A program made the translations under genes and the position numbers. A DNA stretch of 64,000 nucleotides from Selaginella moellendorffii (lineage: Eukaryota; Plantae; Lycopodiophyta): the NCBI RefSeq assembly GCF_000143415.4, contig NW_003314318.1, positions 1,232,710 to 1,296,709 on the forward strand, written 5' to 3'. Positions within the stretch are counted from its first letter, which is position 1; each line of letters opens with the position of its first letter. This document shows, one piece after another, positions 50,211 to 62,665 of the stretch. The notes below the pieces were generated by a model that had not been told where the DNA came from, searched no databases, and was given only the letters and a program-made list of their open reading frames with translations.

Positions 50211-51364
50211 TGTCGCGAATGTGACTTCGGGTATCGAAAGTTATCTTTTCGGCTAGTCCTTTCGGATATTCTTTCTTTACTGCCATGATGGCAGGAGGTC
50301 GGTATTGCTGGGCTCGTTATTAGTCTCTGCCTAAGCTAGTTGAGAAACTGGTCATCATATGTGCACTTAAACCGGAAGGGCACTAAGGAAGGAAATCCTA
50401 CGTTGTCATTTAGTCAAGCATACTTGGCACGGTGACGAGAAACTCATGTTGTTGACTTGCACTTGCTAGTGTTGGGAACCCCTGCGATATTAAGCTTGGT
50501 CCCTCAATATCGCTAGATGATAGTTTATCGTGTCTGCCAAACACCCTTGCTATCATGCCCTTTGTGTTAGTCTCATTTCAGTCCCAAATGTTATTTATGG
50601 AAAGTGTCTAGATTTGCTTATTTGGCATATCTACGGAATGTAGAGATCGGCCTGAACACAATGTTGTTCGTCCCGTGTCCAAATTTGCAATCTAGCGCCA
50701 TTCCATATTTAGTAAGTTTCAAGCTTGTCCCAAAGACTAACTCCTGATACTAAGGGAGGCTTGGGGTGAAAGCCCAAAGCGTGTGTTCCTCAAAGGGGGG
50801 GGGGGGGGGGGGCGGCTGTGGGGGGTTCCAAATGTATAATAGGGATAGTGGGTAGGTTGGGCATGGCCGATCAACTTGAGGCTGAGTGTAGCTCCTGCTT
50901 GCGTGCTTGTCCTTGTTTTGCATCCGGCTTGGGTCTAAGCCCAAGTTCCATTCCATGCTAGCTGGTGGAGTACTCATGTCCTTGTGTTAGGCCATCGGTA
51001 TAGCGGTAGACTTTGTTTGGCTCCATTTTGCGTGCTGGTCCTAGCATTGGGATGCTGATTGCTCCAGGACTGTTCCAAGTCGTTCCGGACTCCTGTCCCT
51101 TCGCTCCTTGGGCTATATGCTTGGGAGTTGCTCTGTGGTTTGGTTCCGTCACTCCTTGGCTTCATGCTTGGGGGTTTTGGCACCGTTCCTTTATTCAGTG
51201 GCCCAAGGCCATGAACCTTAGGTTCTGCACCACTATCCTTTGGACACGTGGTATATGACACGTGGCATGTGTCACATGGCATAAAGAGGGTTTAGATTCC
51301 GCTTTGTGGTGTTATCCTATAGTAAATCACCATAGGATAAAAGGTCAAAACCACATGCGCTACA
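50211..51364 (+). mobile_element. Solo LTR (about 1.15 kb) with 5-bp TSD CTCCT
   Basis: TGTCGCG...GCGCTACA; CTCCT at 50206-50210 and 51365-51369. The empty site is visible in the neighbouring tandem unit (gcctcttccaaaccatag at about 49864). Confidence 0.92.
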
Positions 51365-52499
51365 CTCCTCCAAACCCTAGCTCTTATCCATGGTTTTGGA
51401 TTTTGGATCCAAGTCTTCCACTCACTTAGGGTACAAGAGCATGGTCTACAGTTTTAGATGAGGAGTTCTATCACATCCTTGATTGCTCACATCGAAGACC
51501 TCGTTAACCAATTGTTTGTATCCCGGATCTTTTACTGCTTGACAATCCAGTTCTTCTCAGCCATCTCCTTGGAAATTTGGCAATATTGTGATATTGTATG
51601 AATCAATTGCCATAGCTGGATATCAATGATGGGGGAATGGTGCACAGCAGGAGGGACATTATTAGAAGCTTATTGATCATGGTGAAGGATACAACAATGC
51701 TCCTCCACCAAGCTTGTATAAGTAGGAAGCAAAATCAATGCCTCAACCAAGATGACAATGTGACTTTTGCGAGTGTTTCGGGTATGAGGAGGACCAATGC
51801 TAGTTCAAGAGAGACTACTTAGCATGTTTTGGATAGTCTTAGATATCAGCTCCAACTCCACAATAACAAGCTTTCTAGCAAAGGCCATTGCCAAATAATA
51901 GTTAGTGATGTCAATTTCATTGGCTTCTCCTTCAATCCCAAGAACTTCTTGGATAGACACATTAGTTACAATGATGAGGGCAATAAGTTTGTCGAGGGAC
52001 AATGGCCATGGCTTGGAGAGCTCTCCTGTGAGAACCCCGGCTTTTGGATGTTGGAGAAGGCTGGCTGGACTGCAAGAATAGGGCTAGGATCACATAGTTA
52101 GGGTTAGTTCTATCCAATTGAGGCTACCACAATCGTCAATTGTCAAGGAGTTGGCATGGGAAAAATCCCCAACAAGTTTCAAGATATTGTGGAGTTTGTA
52201 GAAGTGGATCATGGCTCTCAACCTCTCTTGGATAGTTAGGTGGATGCAATGACTTCCTTAGATGCTTCCTTTGTTGTGACACATTGGCAAGCTTGTGAAA
52301 AGGAAATGCTTGATCACTCAGTCTCAATGTAAACTAAGGTGGTATACATGGCCAGATGGAGGTTGCTAGACATGTAGGACATGCATACTAGTATATTTTA
52401 TAGTATATATAGAGTATATAGAGTATATTCTAGGGTTTGTGATAGTTGAAGCATAATGGAGTTAGAGCACTTGGAGAGAGTTTATAAAGAACCTATACA

Positions 52500-52836
52500 T
52501 TTTGAGATTAGTCCTTTAATATCACTAAATGATAGCTTACCATATTTGTTAAACACCCTTACTATCATGTCCCATATATGTTAGTCTTGTTCAGTCCTAT
52601 TGGCTATTTATGGAAAGTGTCTAAATCTACTGATAAGGCATATCTATAGAATGTAGAAATTGTCCTAAACACAATGGTGTTGGTTTTACATCTAGATTCA
52701 GAATCTAGCATCATTCTATATTTAGTAAATTTTTGTGATTGTCTCAAAGACTAACTCTTGGGATTGGTGAAAACCCAAAGTGTGCATTCCCCAAGGGGGT
52801 GGGGGGGGGTACAAGTGTTTTAAGGGGTTCAAATGT
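52500..52836 (+). mobile_element. Internal fragment of the same LTR family running into the gap
   Basis: Colinear with about 50490-50835 (aaacaccct..tatcatg, tatttatggaaagtgtcta, G-run). Confidence 0.75.
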
Positions 52837-53745
52837 NNNNNNNNNNNNNNNNNNNNNNNNNNNNNNNNNNNNNNNNNNNNNNNNNNNNNNNNNNNNNNNN
52901 NNNNNNNNNNNNNNNNNNNNNNNNNNNNNNNNNNNNNNNNNNNNNNNNNNNNNNNNNNNNNNNNNNNNNNNNNNNNNNNNNNNNNNNNNNNNNNNNNNNN
53001 NNNNNNNNNNNNNNNNNNNNNNNNNNNNNNNNNNNNNNNNNNNNNNNNNNNNNNNNNNNNNNNNNNNNNNNNNNNNNNNNNNNNNNNNNNNNNNNNNNNN
53101 NNNNNNNNNNNNNNNNNNNNNNNNNNNNNNNNNNNNNNNNNNNNNNNNNNNNNNNNNNNNNNNNNNNNNNNNNNNNNNNNNNNNNNNNNNNNNNNNNNNN
53201 NNNNNNNNNNNNNNNNNNNNNNNNNNNNNNNNNNNNNNNNNNNNNNNNNNNNNNNNNNNNNNNNNNNNNNNNNNNNNNNNNNNNNNNNNNNNNNNNNNNN
53301 NNNNNNNNNNNNNNNNNNNNNNNNNNNNNNNNNNNNNNNNNNNNNNNNNNNNNNNNNNNNNNNNNNNNNNNNNNNNNNNNNNNNNNNNNNNNNNNNNNNN
53401 NNNNNNNNNNNNNNNNNNNNNNNNNNNNNNNNNNNNNNNNNNNNNNNNNNNNNNNNNNNNNNNNNNNNNNNNNNNNNNNNNNNNNNNNNNNNNNNNNNNN
53501 NNNNNNNNNNNNNNNNNNNNNNNNNNNNNNNNNNNNNNNNNNNNNNNNNNNNNNNNNNNNNNNNNNNNNNNNNNNNNNNNNNNNNNNNNNNNNNNNNNNN
53601 NNNNNNNNNNNNNNNNNNNNNNNNNNNNNNNNNNNNNNNNNNNNNNNNNNNNNNNNNNNNNNNNNNNNNNNNNNNNNNNNNNNNNNNNNNNNNNNNNNNN
53701 NNNNNNNNNNNNNNNNNNNNNNNNNNNNNNNNNNNNNNNNNNNNN
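52837..53745. other. Assembly gap (N run)
   Basis: N run. Confidence 1.
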
Positions 53746-53979
53746 CTTGGTTTTAGCAATTCACTGCACAAGTAATAAAGCATTAGCCAACCATCCACAC
53801 TAGCCATTCCCCAACTCTCTCCCAATCCTCCTCCATGGGTTAGATTGGACTTAAGGTTTCACTACACTCCCCACATGCACAAACAGCTAAGCACACCAAG
53901 CCTCTAGATTCTTAACATCTCTTGGTATAACAAGACTTGATCATGGGACCTTTAAATCCCAAGCCTTCAATGCAACATT

Positions 53980-54540
53980 TGCTTTGGGACACTAGGGGGA
54001 AACATTGTGGCCTAATGATTAGGTATGGGTATCTCTACTCCCCCACTTCCATCCTAAAGGGAAGACCTAAGCCCTTAGGAGGGGGTGAGGACTAATGAGC
54101 CACAAGGTACTCAAGTGGGGCACCACTCCACATGAGCCAAAAGCACTGTAGTTAATTTCTTTTTTGGGAGTGGAAGTTACTCTTAAGCACTTCTTTGGGT
54201 GGCCCCTCTGGCACCACCTAATCCGTGCTTACTCCCACCCAAGGCCCCTAAACCCCAGTCTCAACCTCAAGTCAGTTTGGAAGCACCATAGGAGAATTCT
54301 TTCAAGACTGGTTCCTGAACCTCACTATCCCTACTCTGTCTTGAACTCGATTTTGGACTCGGTCTCAGACCCAATCTCGAATCTTGGACTTGGTTTTGAT
54401 CCCAGTCTCGAACTCAGTCTCGAACTCAGTCTTGGAGTCGATCTTAGACTCGATCTTAGACTCGGTCTCAAACTTGGTCCCAAACTCAGTCTTAGAGTTG
54501 GTCTCGGACTCAATCTCAAATTCAGTTTCATCCAATGAAC
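53980..54540 (-). repeat. Diverged copy of repeat family B with hexamer array
   Basis: gaactcagtctc/gactcggtctc array at 54340-54530; weak similarity upstream to 36180-36400. Confidence 0.6.
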
Positions 54541-54599
54541 TCTTTATCATTTTGGTCATGTTTTCAGGGATCCTTTAGCCTATGACACCTCAAGGAGTT

Positions 54600-56450
54600 G
54601 GTTCCTTACAACTGCTTTGTCCAATTTACATTTGACCATGCTCAAAGTTGAAGGAGCATAGAGCTGCATCTAGCCATGGCTAGCTAAGGATCACCAATAG
54701 CACTTGTGAGGATGCTCCCAAAGCAACATAGTCCACAATCAGAAAGTCAACAGTAGACTTGTAGCCATGAACCAAAATAAGTACATCACGACAAATCCCC
54801 TTTGGAGTTCAACTAAGGTCTTCAACACAACCATTGAGTTCTCCTTGATCTCAAGACCTGCTTGCTGAGCCACTATCAAGGGGAGGATATTGGTGGCTGA
54901 GCCTCCACATCAATGCCCACAATCATCACCACAACAATGAATGCACCTAGATCAAGAGCAACTCTGGCATTGATGATCAAAATGGGCTAGAGAGGAAGTT
55001 GCACCACCAAGAGCACATATTAAAGTCTTAATTTGCTCCCAAAATCCTGGGAATTGGTGATAAAGCGCATTGATGGTTATTGTAACTGGTGTTGCCAAGA
55101 TCTGATCAATGAGAGTGCATGGGCAGCCACTTGTCATCATAGAGGCCCCTCCTAGTGGCATACTGGTCAAGTTTAGAGTAGATGCTGGATCTCGAGATAT
55201 AAGCAAGGATGCGTGTGATATTACAAATGCCTTTGGGAAAGGCAATTTGCAAGATGGAGCCAAAGGAGGTGGTGGAGTTGCTGCTAAGGTAGAGTTTAGC
55301 TTCTACACAACTGTTTCATGCTTCTTCTGAGCTCATGTCACAGTTGCTAGAGCAAGCTACTACTCAGCAATAAGTATGATGTTCATAAGGCATTTGCTGC
55401 AATCAACAAGCCGGGCTACCTTGAGCACTCTCTAGTCAAGTAGTTGCTGGTATCCTATTGATGATGATGCCAATAAGTTGTTATCCATAAAGGGCTGCTG
55501 TTGCACATGTTGAGGGCACTGGGGTCAAAGTTTTGGATGGAGTTTCCAACATCTCGCAGTGTTGTGTGTATCATCTTTGCATTCTTCACACCACCAACAA
55601 TAGTGTCGAGTCTAAGTCTACATCCAAAGTGCTTGCAACTCCTCTACAAGCTTCTTTTGCTGCTAGGTCTGCTGCTGCATAAGTGTCTGGTACTCCTTGA
55701 GCTCGTTGAGTGCTGACTCAATTGCTATAGGCATCTTGTTCTCGACAACATGTGCTGGCTGGGCAACGGCACACACTTGGGCCTAGAAGCCTAGCTGGGA
55801 GGGGACATCATGGTGCATGAAAGAGCATACCTCAAACATATGGTCAAATGCTGTTTCATAAGTTTTATATTGCCATTTAAGGACTTTGCATTACACTCCA
55901 ACCTTGAGTCCTTGGACAAATGCCGACACCATGGGCTTCTCATTTGCTATGAGCCTTTATAGCAAGCATGCATGCCAATGCTTCTTGAATCGAATAGTGT
56001 AGTTTCTGACACTTTCTTGTGGCATTTGTCAGAATGAAAATAGCTCTATATAGAGTTGGTTGTCAGTTTTCTCCACTCTAAACAGCTTGAGGAACTTGTC
56101 AATCATCACAAAAAACAAGGAAGATGCCAATTTAATGCTCTTGCCTTCAAGGATCTTAGGAACAGTTCTTTGAGACAAGGGATCTTCTGTGATCTAATTG
56201 TACCCCAAGTAAGCTTGAAATTAGTCGACATGATTGCAAGCCGAAACACATAATCTAAGATAGAACTCTGGGAGGTCCATTGCCCTATGAAGAAAGTGGA
56301 TAACTACCACCATCGGTGCAATGTTTTGGTCACTCTCCTCTCTAGAATCTACTATGGATGATGAAGACTTGCTTGTTGACAATGCTATCTAGTAGTCAAG
56401 CTCACGTCTAAACCTTGAGAACCTTCCTCTGAATCATGTGTAAGGGGAGC
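54600..56450 (-). mobile_element. Ty3/gypsy gag-protease relic
   Basis: QMPQESVRNYTIRFKK (gag); VDFLIVD...VILS*PWL (protease C-terminus); many stops. Confidence 0.65.
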
Positions 56451-57569
56451 TTGTGCAACAACAACACTTAAACAACATGTACAGGTGGGCATCAAACTCT
56501 TGAGATGCACTATATGCCAGAAAATTCCTCCCACTTATGCAATGAAATAAGGCTTAAAACAAAAACTTAAAACAAAAACCCTTAAATTGCTCATAAAAAG
56601 TTCCAAAAATCATAAAACAAAACTCATTGGAAAGCTAGAAACAAGCATAAGAATCTCATAGAAAAGATAAACCTAAAAATCTCATTCAAATATGCTTTAA
56701 ACCCTCATAAAAACTGGCAAACACATACCCAAATGAAAAACATGAAGATCCCATGGCTACCAGATCCTAAAATCCTATTTTTGGGCTTGTTAAAAAGCTA
56801 TATCTAGGATCTATTTAGCTATGTAAAGAAAGATCAACTTACACTACTCAGATTTGTGTGAGAACGCCCCAAACTTCTCTCGTGCTCTAAATAAAAGAGC
56901 ATAAGAGAAAAATGTTATAAACTGCTAGATCCCAAAGCAAAACTCACATGCAAGGACTCTAGAGAAAGCCTGTGAGTAAATCTATCCGACAAGCCAAAAA
57001 AAGATGGAAGATCCATTAAGCATTGAGCTTCTAAAGTGACTACTATGTGCACTATGAAGAAAACTTAATTGCATATTGTGCTCTGAGCACATAATTGAGA
57101 AATTCTTGATGCTAGAATGAAGCTCTTAGCAACATTTACAAACCCATCAACTCAATTTCCCAAATAAATCAACAATCAAAATGTGAAGAGGAGAAAACGA
57201 CTATTCTTGGCCTAAAAAGAAAGAGAACTCAAGAAATCTTTAAAATTTAAAAATGGTGCTTAGAATTTTTGCATTTGGGTACACACATCTTTGCTTTTAA
57301 AATCTCTTTAGTACTGGTGCCATTACCACAACACAAATCTCTCATGAATTTGCCCTAAAACCCAAGAAAAACCAAAGAACAAAGGGGAGGATTGGTTAGA
57401 AAGCAATCCTCCCCAGTGGAGTTGCCAAAAGTTGAGAGGGGAGACTTTCAAGCTTTTGTATAAACTCCCTTAATCTAGAGAATGGGGGAGAAGGGGGTAT
57501 AACCCCCTCTTGGAATATCCTTCATGCCCCTAGAATATTTTGATAGTGGAATATTCTAGGGAATCTCAC

Positions 57570-58690
57570 TCAAAAACTATGCATATTATAACACTTGCTA
57601 GTAAGTTGAAAAAGTTGGATAAAGCTAAGCGAAAATGGCCTACTCACGAGAAGAAATTATTTGTGGTGGCCAAGGTGCTCAAGGAGTGGTAACACTACCT
57701 TATGAGGCATTTCAAAGTTTACACGGATAATGTCTTAATGAAACACTTCTAGTCACAACTCGACTTAAAAGGAAAACAAAGTTGGTAGGCCAATGCTTTG
57801 GCTAAGTTCAATTGTGAGATTTTGTATAAACCTAGGAAGAGCAACATCGTGGCAGATGTTCTAAGTTGAAAGGCAAGCTTAAAGTTAACAATGTCTAGCA
57901 TAACAACAACCTATTGAGATAATGTGTGGACAGCATCTCTGATACCAAATGTAGCGCACGTGGTTTTGACTCTTTATCCTATGGTGATTTACCATAGGAT
58001 AACACCACGAAGCGGAACCTAAACCCTCTTTGTGCCACGTGACAGATGCCACGTGTCACATGCCACGTGTCCAAAGGAACCCGAGGTTCAGGGCCTTGGG
58101 CCACTGAACGAAAGAACGGTGCCAAACTCCCAAGCATGGATATAAGAACGATGGTCTAGCACAAGAAGTGTTGCTAAGGCACCTAGAGGTGTAGGATGCT
58201 CACCAAAGAGGTGAGTTGCTGACTGAAGAGAAAACAGATTATGCGGAACGCAATGGACTTATCTATTATAAACAAACGAGGGTGTATGTTCCATAAGGGG
58301 AACTAAGGAAGGTAACTTTAGAAGAGTGTTATGATGGACCTCTTGCAGAACACGGCAAAGTGCCCAAGATGATGGGCTTACTCAAAAGGAAGTATCACTA
58401 GCCAGTCATGGTTAAGGACATTTAAGATTATGTAAAGACATATCCAACATGTCAGCAAGTCAAAGCTGTGACTAAGGCTAGTGGGGGCTTGTTACAAAAC
58501 ATCCCGATTCCAAATCATTTGTGGAAATGTCTTACGATAGACTTTATCATAGAATTCCCTCCAAGTGAGAGGTTTGATGCGATATTCGTGGTGGTGGACC
58601 AATTTTCAAAGATGGCACATTGCATACCCACCACAATGAAAGTGCAGAAAGTGTAGCAAAAATTGTTTTTTGAACAAGTGGTTTAGGTGT
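57570..58690 (+). mobile_element. Ty3/gypsy RNase H-integrase relic, interrupted by an LTR+PBS fragment
   Basis: WPTHEKKLFVV..VLKEW*HYL..HFKVYTDN; YKPRKSNIVADVLS; TCQQVK; PIPNHLWKCLTIDFIIEFPPSERFDAIFVVVDQFSKMAHCIPT. Confidence 0.88.
57938..58137 (-). mobile_element. LTR 3' end plus tRNA-iMet primer-binding site
   Basis: Minus strand reads ...GTGCGCTACA-TT-TGGTATCAGAG; matches about 51165-51364. Confidence 0.85.
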
Positions 58691-59269
58691 GAGGAAGTGT
58701 GGTCTACCTTGGTTGAAACTTCACAATGCCTAGCCTTCAATTCCTCCAGATACTTCTCCTATGACAAGAAAGAGATGTAAATATTTAGAAAGAAAAGGAT
58801 GTAAAAGATGTACAAGCGATGCTCTTCTTCCATTTATTGCTTGCGCTCTCTTTGCAGGGACTCTTCTTAACATCTTTGCCTTGCTCGAATATGTCCCTCA
58901 ACTGCACGATCTTGATTTTTCTAGTGGTGCTGTTGTTTTCAAAAATTTATTATCCACACACACACACACACACACATACAGAACACCTTCCCACTACCAA
59001 TGCTCTCTCCTCGTGCATTGCCCTAAAAGGCATTTGAATTTTTTTATAATCAACTCTCCATTATTTAATCTCAACCATTAGATTTTGGCATATGCCCAGA
59101 ATAAGTGTCCCTAGTATATGCTATTATTATATCAGCTCTTTCGTTTAAATATATGAGTATTAGCAAAGACTCTAGCTTTTCTGGGAGATATAACATACAC
59201 AAGATAAATGGATCTTCTTTTCTAATTTTACTGTATACAAGTTTAAATTTATCAGATGCATTATATTGT

Positions 59270-59740
59270 TGACAAAGTGGCAAATCTATCGAATGTACAC
59301 AAGTTGAGGGCATTCTTGGGGCTATACAACTATTATCGAAAGTTTATTAAACACTATTCGAGAGTAACTCTACCTTTAACAGACCAAACGGGAAAAGGAA
59401 AAATGGTATAAACAGTGGAATTCTAGATGGCATTTGTCCACCTCAAAGGGAAGTTGAGGAAGACTCCTATATTGGCATTACCAAACTTTGGTAAGGACTT
59501 CAAGGTAGAAATGGACGCTTCAGACTTTGCATTGGGCGCAATTTTGAAGCAAGACAACTATCCAGTAGCATTCTTCTTGAAGAAGTTGGATAAAGCTTAG
59601 CGAAAGTGGTCTACTCATGAGAAGGAATTATTTGTGGTGGTCAAGGTGCTCAAGGAGTGGTGACACTACCTTGGGAGGCACTTCAAAGTTTACACGGATA
59701 ATGTCTCAACGAAACACTTCTAGTCACAACTTGACTTATA
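59270..59740 (+). mobile_element. Second Ty3/gypsy RT-RNase H relic
   Basis: LRAFLGLYNYYRKFI, PILALPNFGKDFKVEMDASDFALGAIL, WSTHEKELFVVV. Confidence 0.88.
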
Positions 59741-59749
59741 TGTAGTATA

Positions 59750-60600
59750 CCTAGCTCTTATCCATGGTTTTGGATTTTGGATCTAAGTCTTCCACTTGCT
59801 CAGGGTACTAGAGCACGGTCTACAGTTTTAGATGATGAGTTCTATCACATCCTTGATTGCTCATATCGAAGACCTCGTCGACCAATTGTTCGTATCCCAG
59901 ATCTTTTACCGCTTGACAATCCAGTTCTAGAGCATGTGATTCTTGAGGAGTTAGGACCAGATCAAATGTAGCAAATGCTTCCCCAGCTTGCTATGGCAAT
60001 TGATCTATACAATATCACAATATTGCCAAAGTTCCAAGGAGATGGCCGAGAAGATGCCTGAGTCTATATCAACTAGACAAAGAGGATCCTCTAAATGCTT
60101 AATGTCATAGATCCTTTACTTCATGCACAGTATCTCCTCATCACAATGTAAAGATTGAATGCTCTACATTGGATGGATTCGCTTTAGATAGTGGAACAAT
60201 GGAGTTTTATAGTTTTGGAGACTTGATTTTTAGAGTGTTTTAAGATGATTTTCACATAGGACTATGTGATAGCAGAGTTAAAGGTTTATAAGATGCAACC
60301 TAGAGAGTCCATCCATGAGTACAACAGTCACTTCAAAGAGTATCTCCACAAGTGAGAGCAATCAAGTGTTGATTGCACTAGTGCATGAGTCATCAAGGCT
60401 TATGTTAACTCTCTTAATCTGGCACTTGGGAAAAGGGTTCAAGGGAAGGGTCTAGCTACTATAAAGCATGCTATAGAGCAAGTGGTGCAAGCTGAGCACA
60501 AAAGGTTGCTAGAGTAAGGAGCAATGGCATACAAGGAGAGTTGCCACATTGCACAATTGTGACCATTGTTACCACCACTTGGAGATCAAAAGTCTACTTT
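59750..60600 (+). mobile_element. Retrotransposon leader/gag relic (homologous to 51375-51620)
   Basis: Shared ctagctcttatccatggttttggattttggatc...; LPKFQGD, KMQPRESIHEYNSHFKE. Confidence 0.7.
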
Positions 60601-61904
60601 CACTCAATAAACTAGATAAAAAATGGATGAGACAAATATGGTTTATAAATAATTGAAGCCATACCTTGAACAATTTCCACAAACCACTATTGCATGTTCT
60701 CCAAAGCCTTTGAAGTGTAAGGCTACCACCATATACTCTATTCGGATCACAATTTGCACTATGAATACCTATAGCAAGAAGTTGGTACCAATGCTTGATA
60801 GTGCTTCGAGGAGTATTCCACTTTTCTGAGGATGATAATGTGCTTCCATCTTCATTGAGTGTTGGAAAACAGCTTGCAAAGCATCTCCAACCGGCTGCAA
60901 CTCCAAAGAAAGTGTGTGGTAGACCACAATTTTCATGAACTCTTCTATAGTATCATTATAATTACCACTAAAGTCCCTTAGAGCCATCTCTAAAACTTGG
61001 TAGAGATGAGTGATTGCTAGGTTCTTTAGTATCTTCTTCACCACTTTCTTCTTTTCATCTATTGTTTTGAGACCTAAAGTGAGCATATTCACTCCATCCC
61101 AAATCCAAGGGGTGTATGACTTCAAGTCCATCTCGAAAAAGCCACCTCATGATAGTCTTTTGTTGCATGGATCTAGGATCTCCCTATAGCCATCGCTAGT
61201 GTAGCTATGCTGCATTGAGAGACTTGTGCATGAGCTTCAAAACATTAGAACAATAGCTAGCCAATAAATATAGTCTATAAGAAGGTATAGTTAAAAGAAA
61301 TCAATATATTCAACTTGTAATTCATACCTTTTTTGTGTCAATTTCTTGTAAAGTCATCTAAGATGGGAGTTTCTTTGGATGCCAATATAAGGCACCTTTG
61401 GCAAACACACAAACTTGATTTTCTTGGAAAAAAGAACATTAAAAGACATGGTAAATAAACTTTGATCTTACTCACATTTCTTGGTACTTGCCACAATGCC
61501 TTGTGTAGTGCATTTTGTTGTGGGCCTCCAACGTCAATGGTTCTCATCTCCCACATCATTGCCCCAATGATATTGTATGCATACTTCACTTGGAATTGAG
61601 GAGTACGATAATATGGTTTGAAGAGAGGTTCTAGGCATGAGAACTCATTATTTGTAGCTATCTAAAAAATAAAAGACTTTTATTTGAAGCAGAAGTAAAG
61701 TATATACCATCACCAGGTTGTGAGACATGAATCCCTAAGTCCCAAAGTGGAGCCAAAAGGGTGCCACATAGTAGTGGCCGAAGTAGAAGCCAAACAAGCA
61801 TAACATGTTAGGACTCAAAGTTCCAACTTGAAGAGTCGAGAGTGGGAGTGGAACTCCCAACAGAGTGCTCAAGGAATGAGCACGAGGGGAGCAATAAGAG
61901 AGTC

Positions 61905-62665
61905 TCTAGAAAAGAGACATAAGAGGACCAACACATGACATATGGTGAAGTCCGAGACAGACCCAAGGTGGAATCCGAGATGGAGTCCGAGATGGACTGA
62001 GATGGAGTCCAAGATGGACCGAAATGGAGTCTGAGATGGACCGAGATGGAGTCTGAGATGGAGTTTGAGATGGACCCGAGATGGAGTCTGAGGTCAAGGC
62101 CGAGACCAAGACTGAGACCAAGACCGAGACTGAGACTGAATTTGAGTTCGAGTCTGAGTTTGAGTCCGAATCCAAGTCCAAGTCCAAGGGTGAAAGCCCA
62201 AAGTGCTCATCTCCCAAACCTTGGGGGGTTTGGTGAGCTCCAAAAGTATAGTAAGGGAAGGACTTCAGTAAAGCTAGTTTGGCCAGGAAAGGCCAGTGTG
62301 ACCAAGAAAGGCTATACCCACGTGGTGGGTGATGATAAAACCACTGAGGAGTCCAAAGCTAGAGTGAACACAGACAAATAAAGGGGTAACTTGGTGAAGT
62401 GTTTAAGAACTGGCTCTAGCTCCCTCATAAGATCGAATGGTTGATGCTCTCAATCCAAGTGTGGGTGGCACTACCTACTTGGATACCTGGCATGGCTCAT
62501 TGGAACTTCACTCTAGACATATGGCTAGGGCTCCTAAAGGCGGAAGATGGGGAGAGTACCCACGAGGCTCGCATAGGGCCATAGTGTTTCGAAATGTTGT
62601 CCTAGTGTCCTAGACCGTAGAAAGGAAGAGGAGAAATCCTTTGGTGTAGTGACCAAGGACAGGGG
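61905..62665 (+). repeat. Dispersed repeat family B (inverted relative to 36100-37150)
   Basis: gagatggagtcc and gagacc arrays followed by about 450 bp of shared sequence. Confidence 0.8.

Noticed and set aside
33536-51364. One intact 18-kb retrotransposon bounded by the two same-strand LTRs
   Set aside because: The 50211 copy has its own TSD (solo LTR), the copies differ greatly in decay, and no PBS follows 34521.
52722-53825. 300+ aa ORFs in the track
   Set aside because: Artefacts of the N gap.
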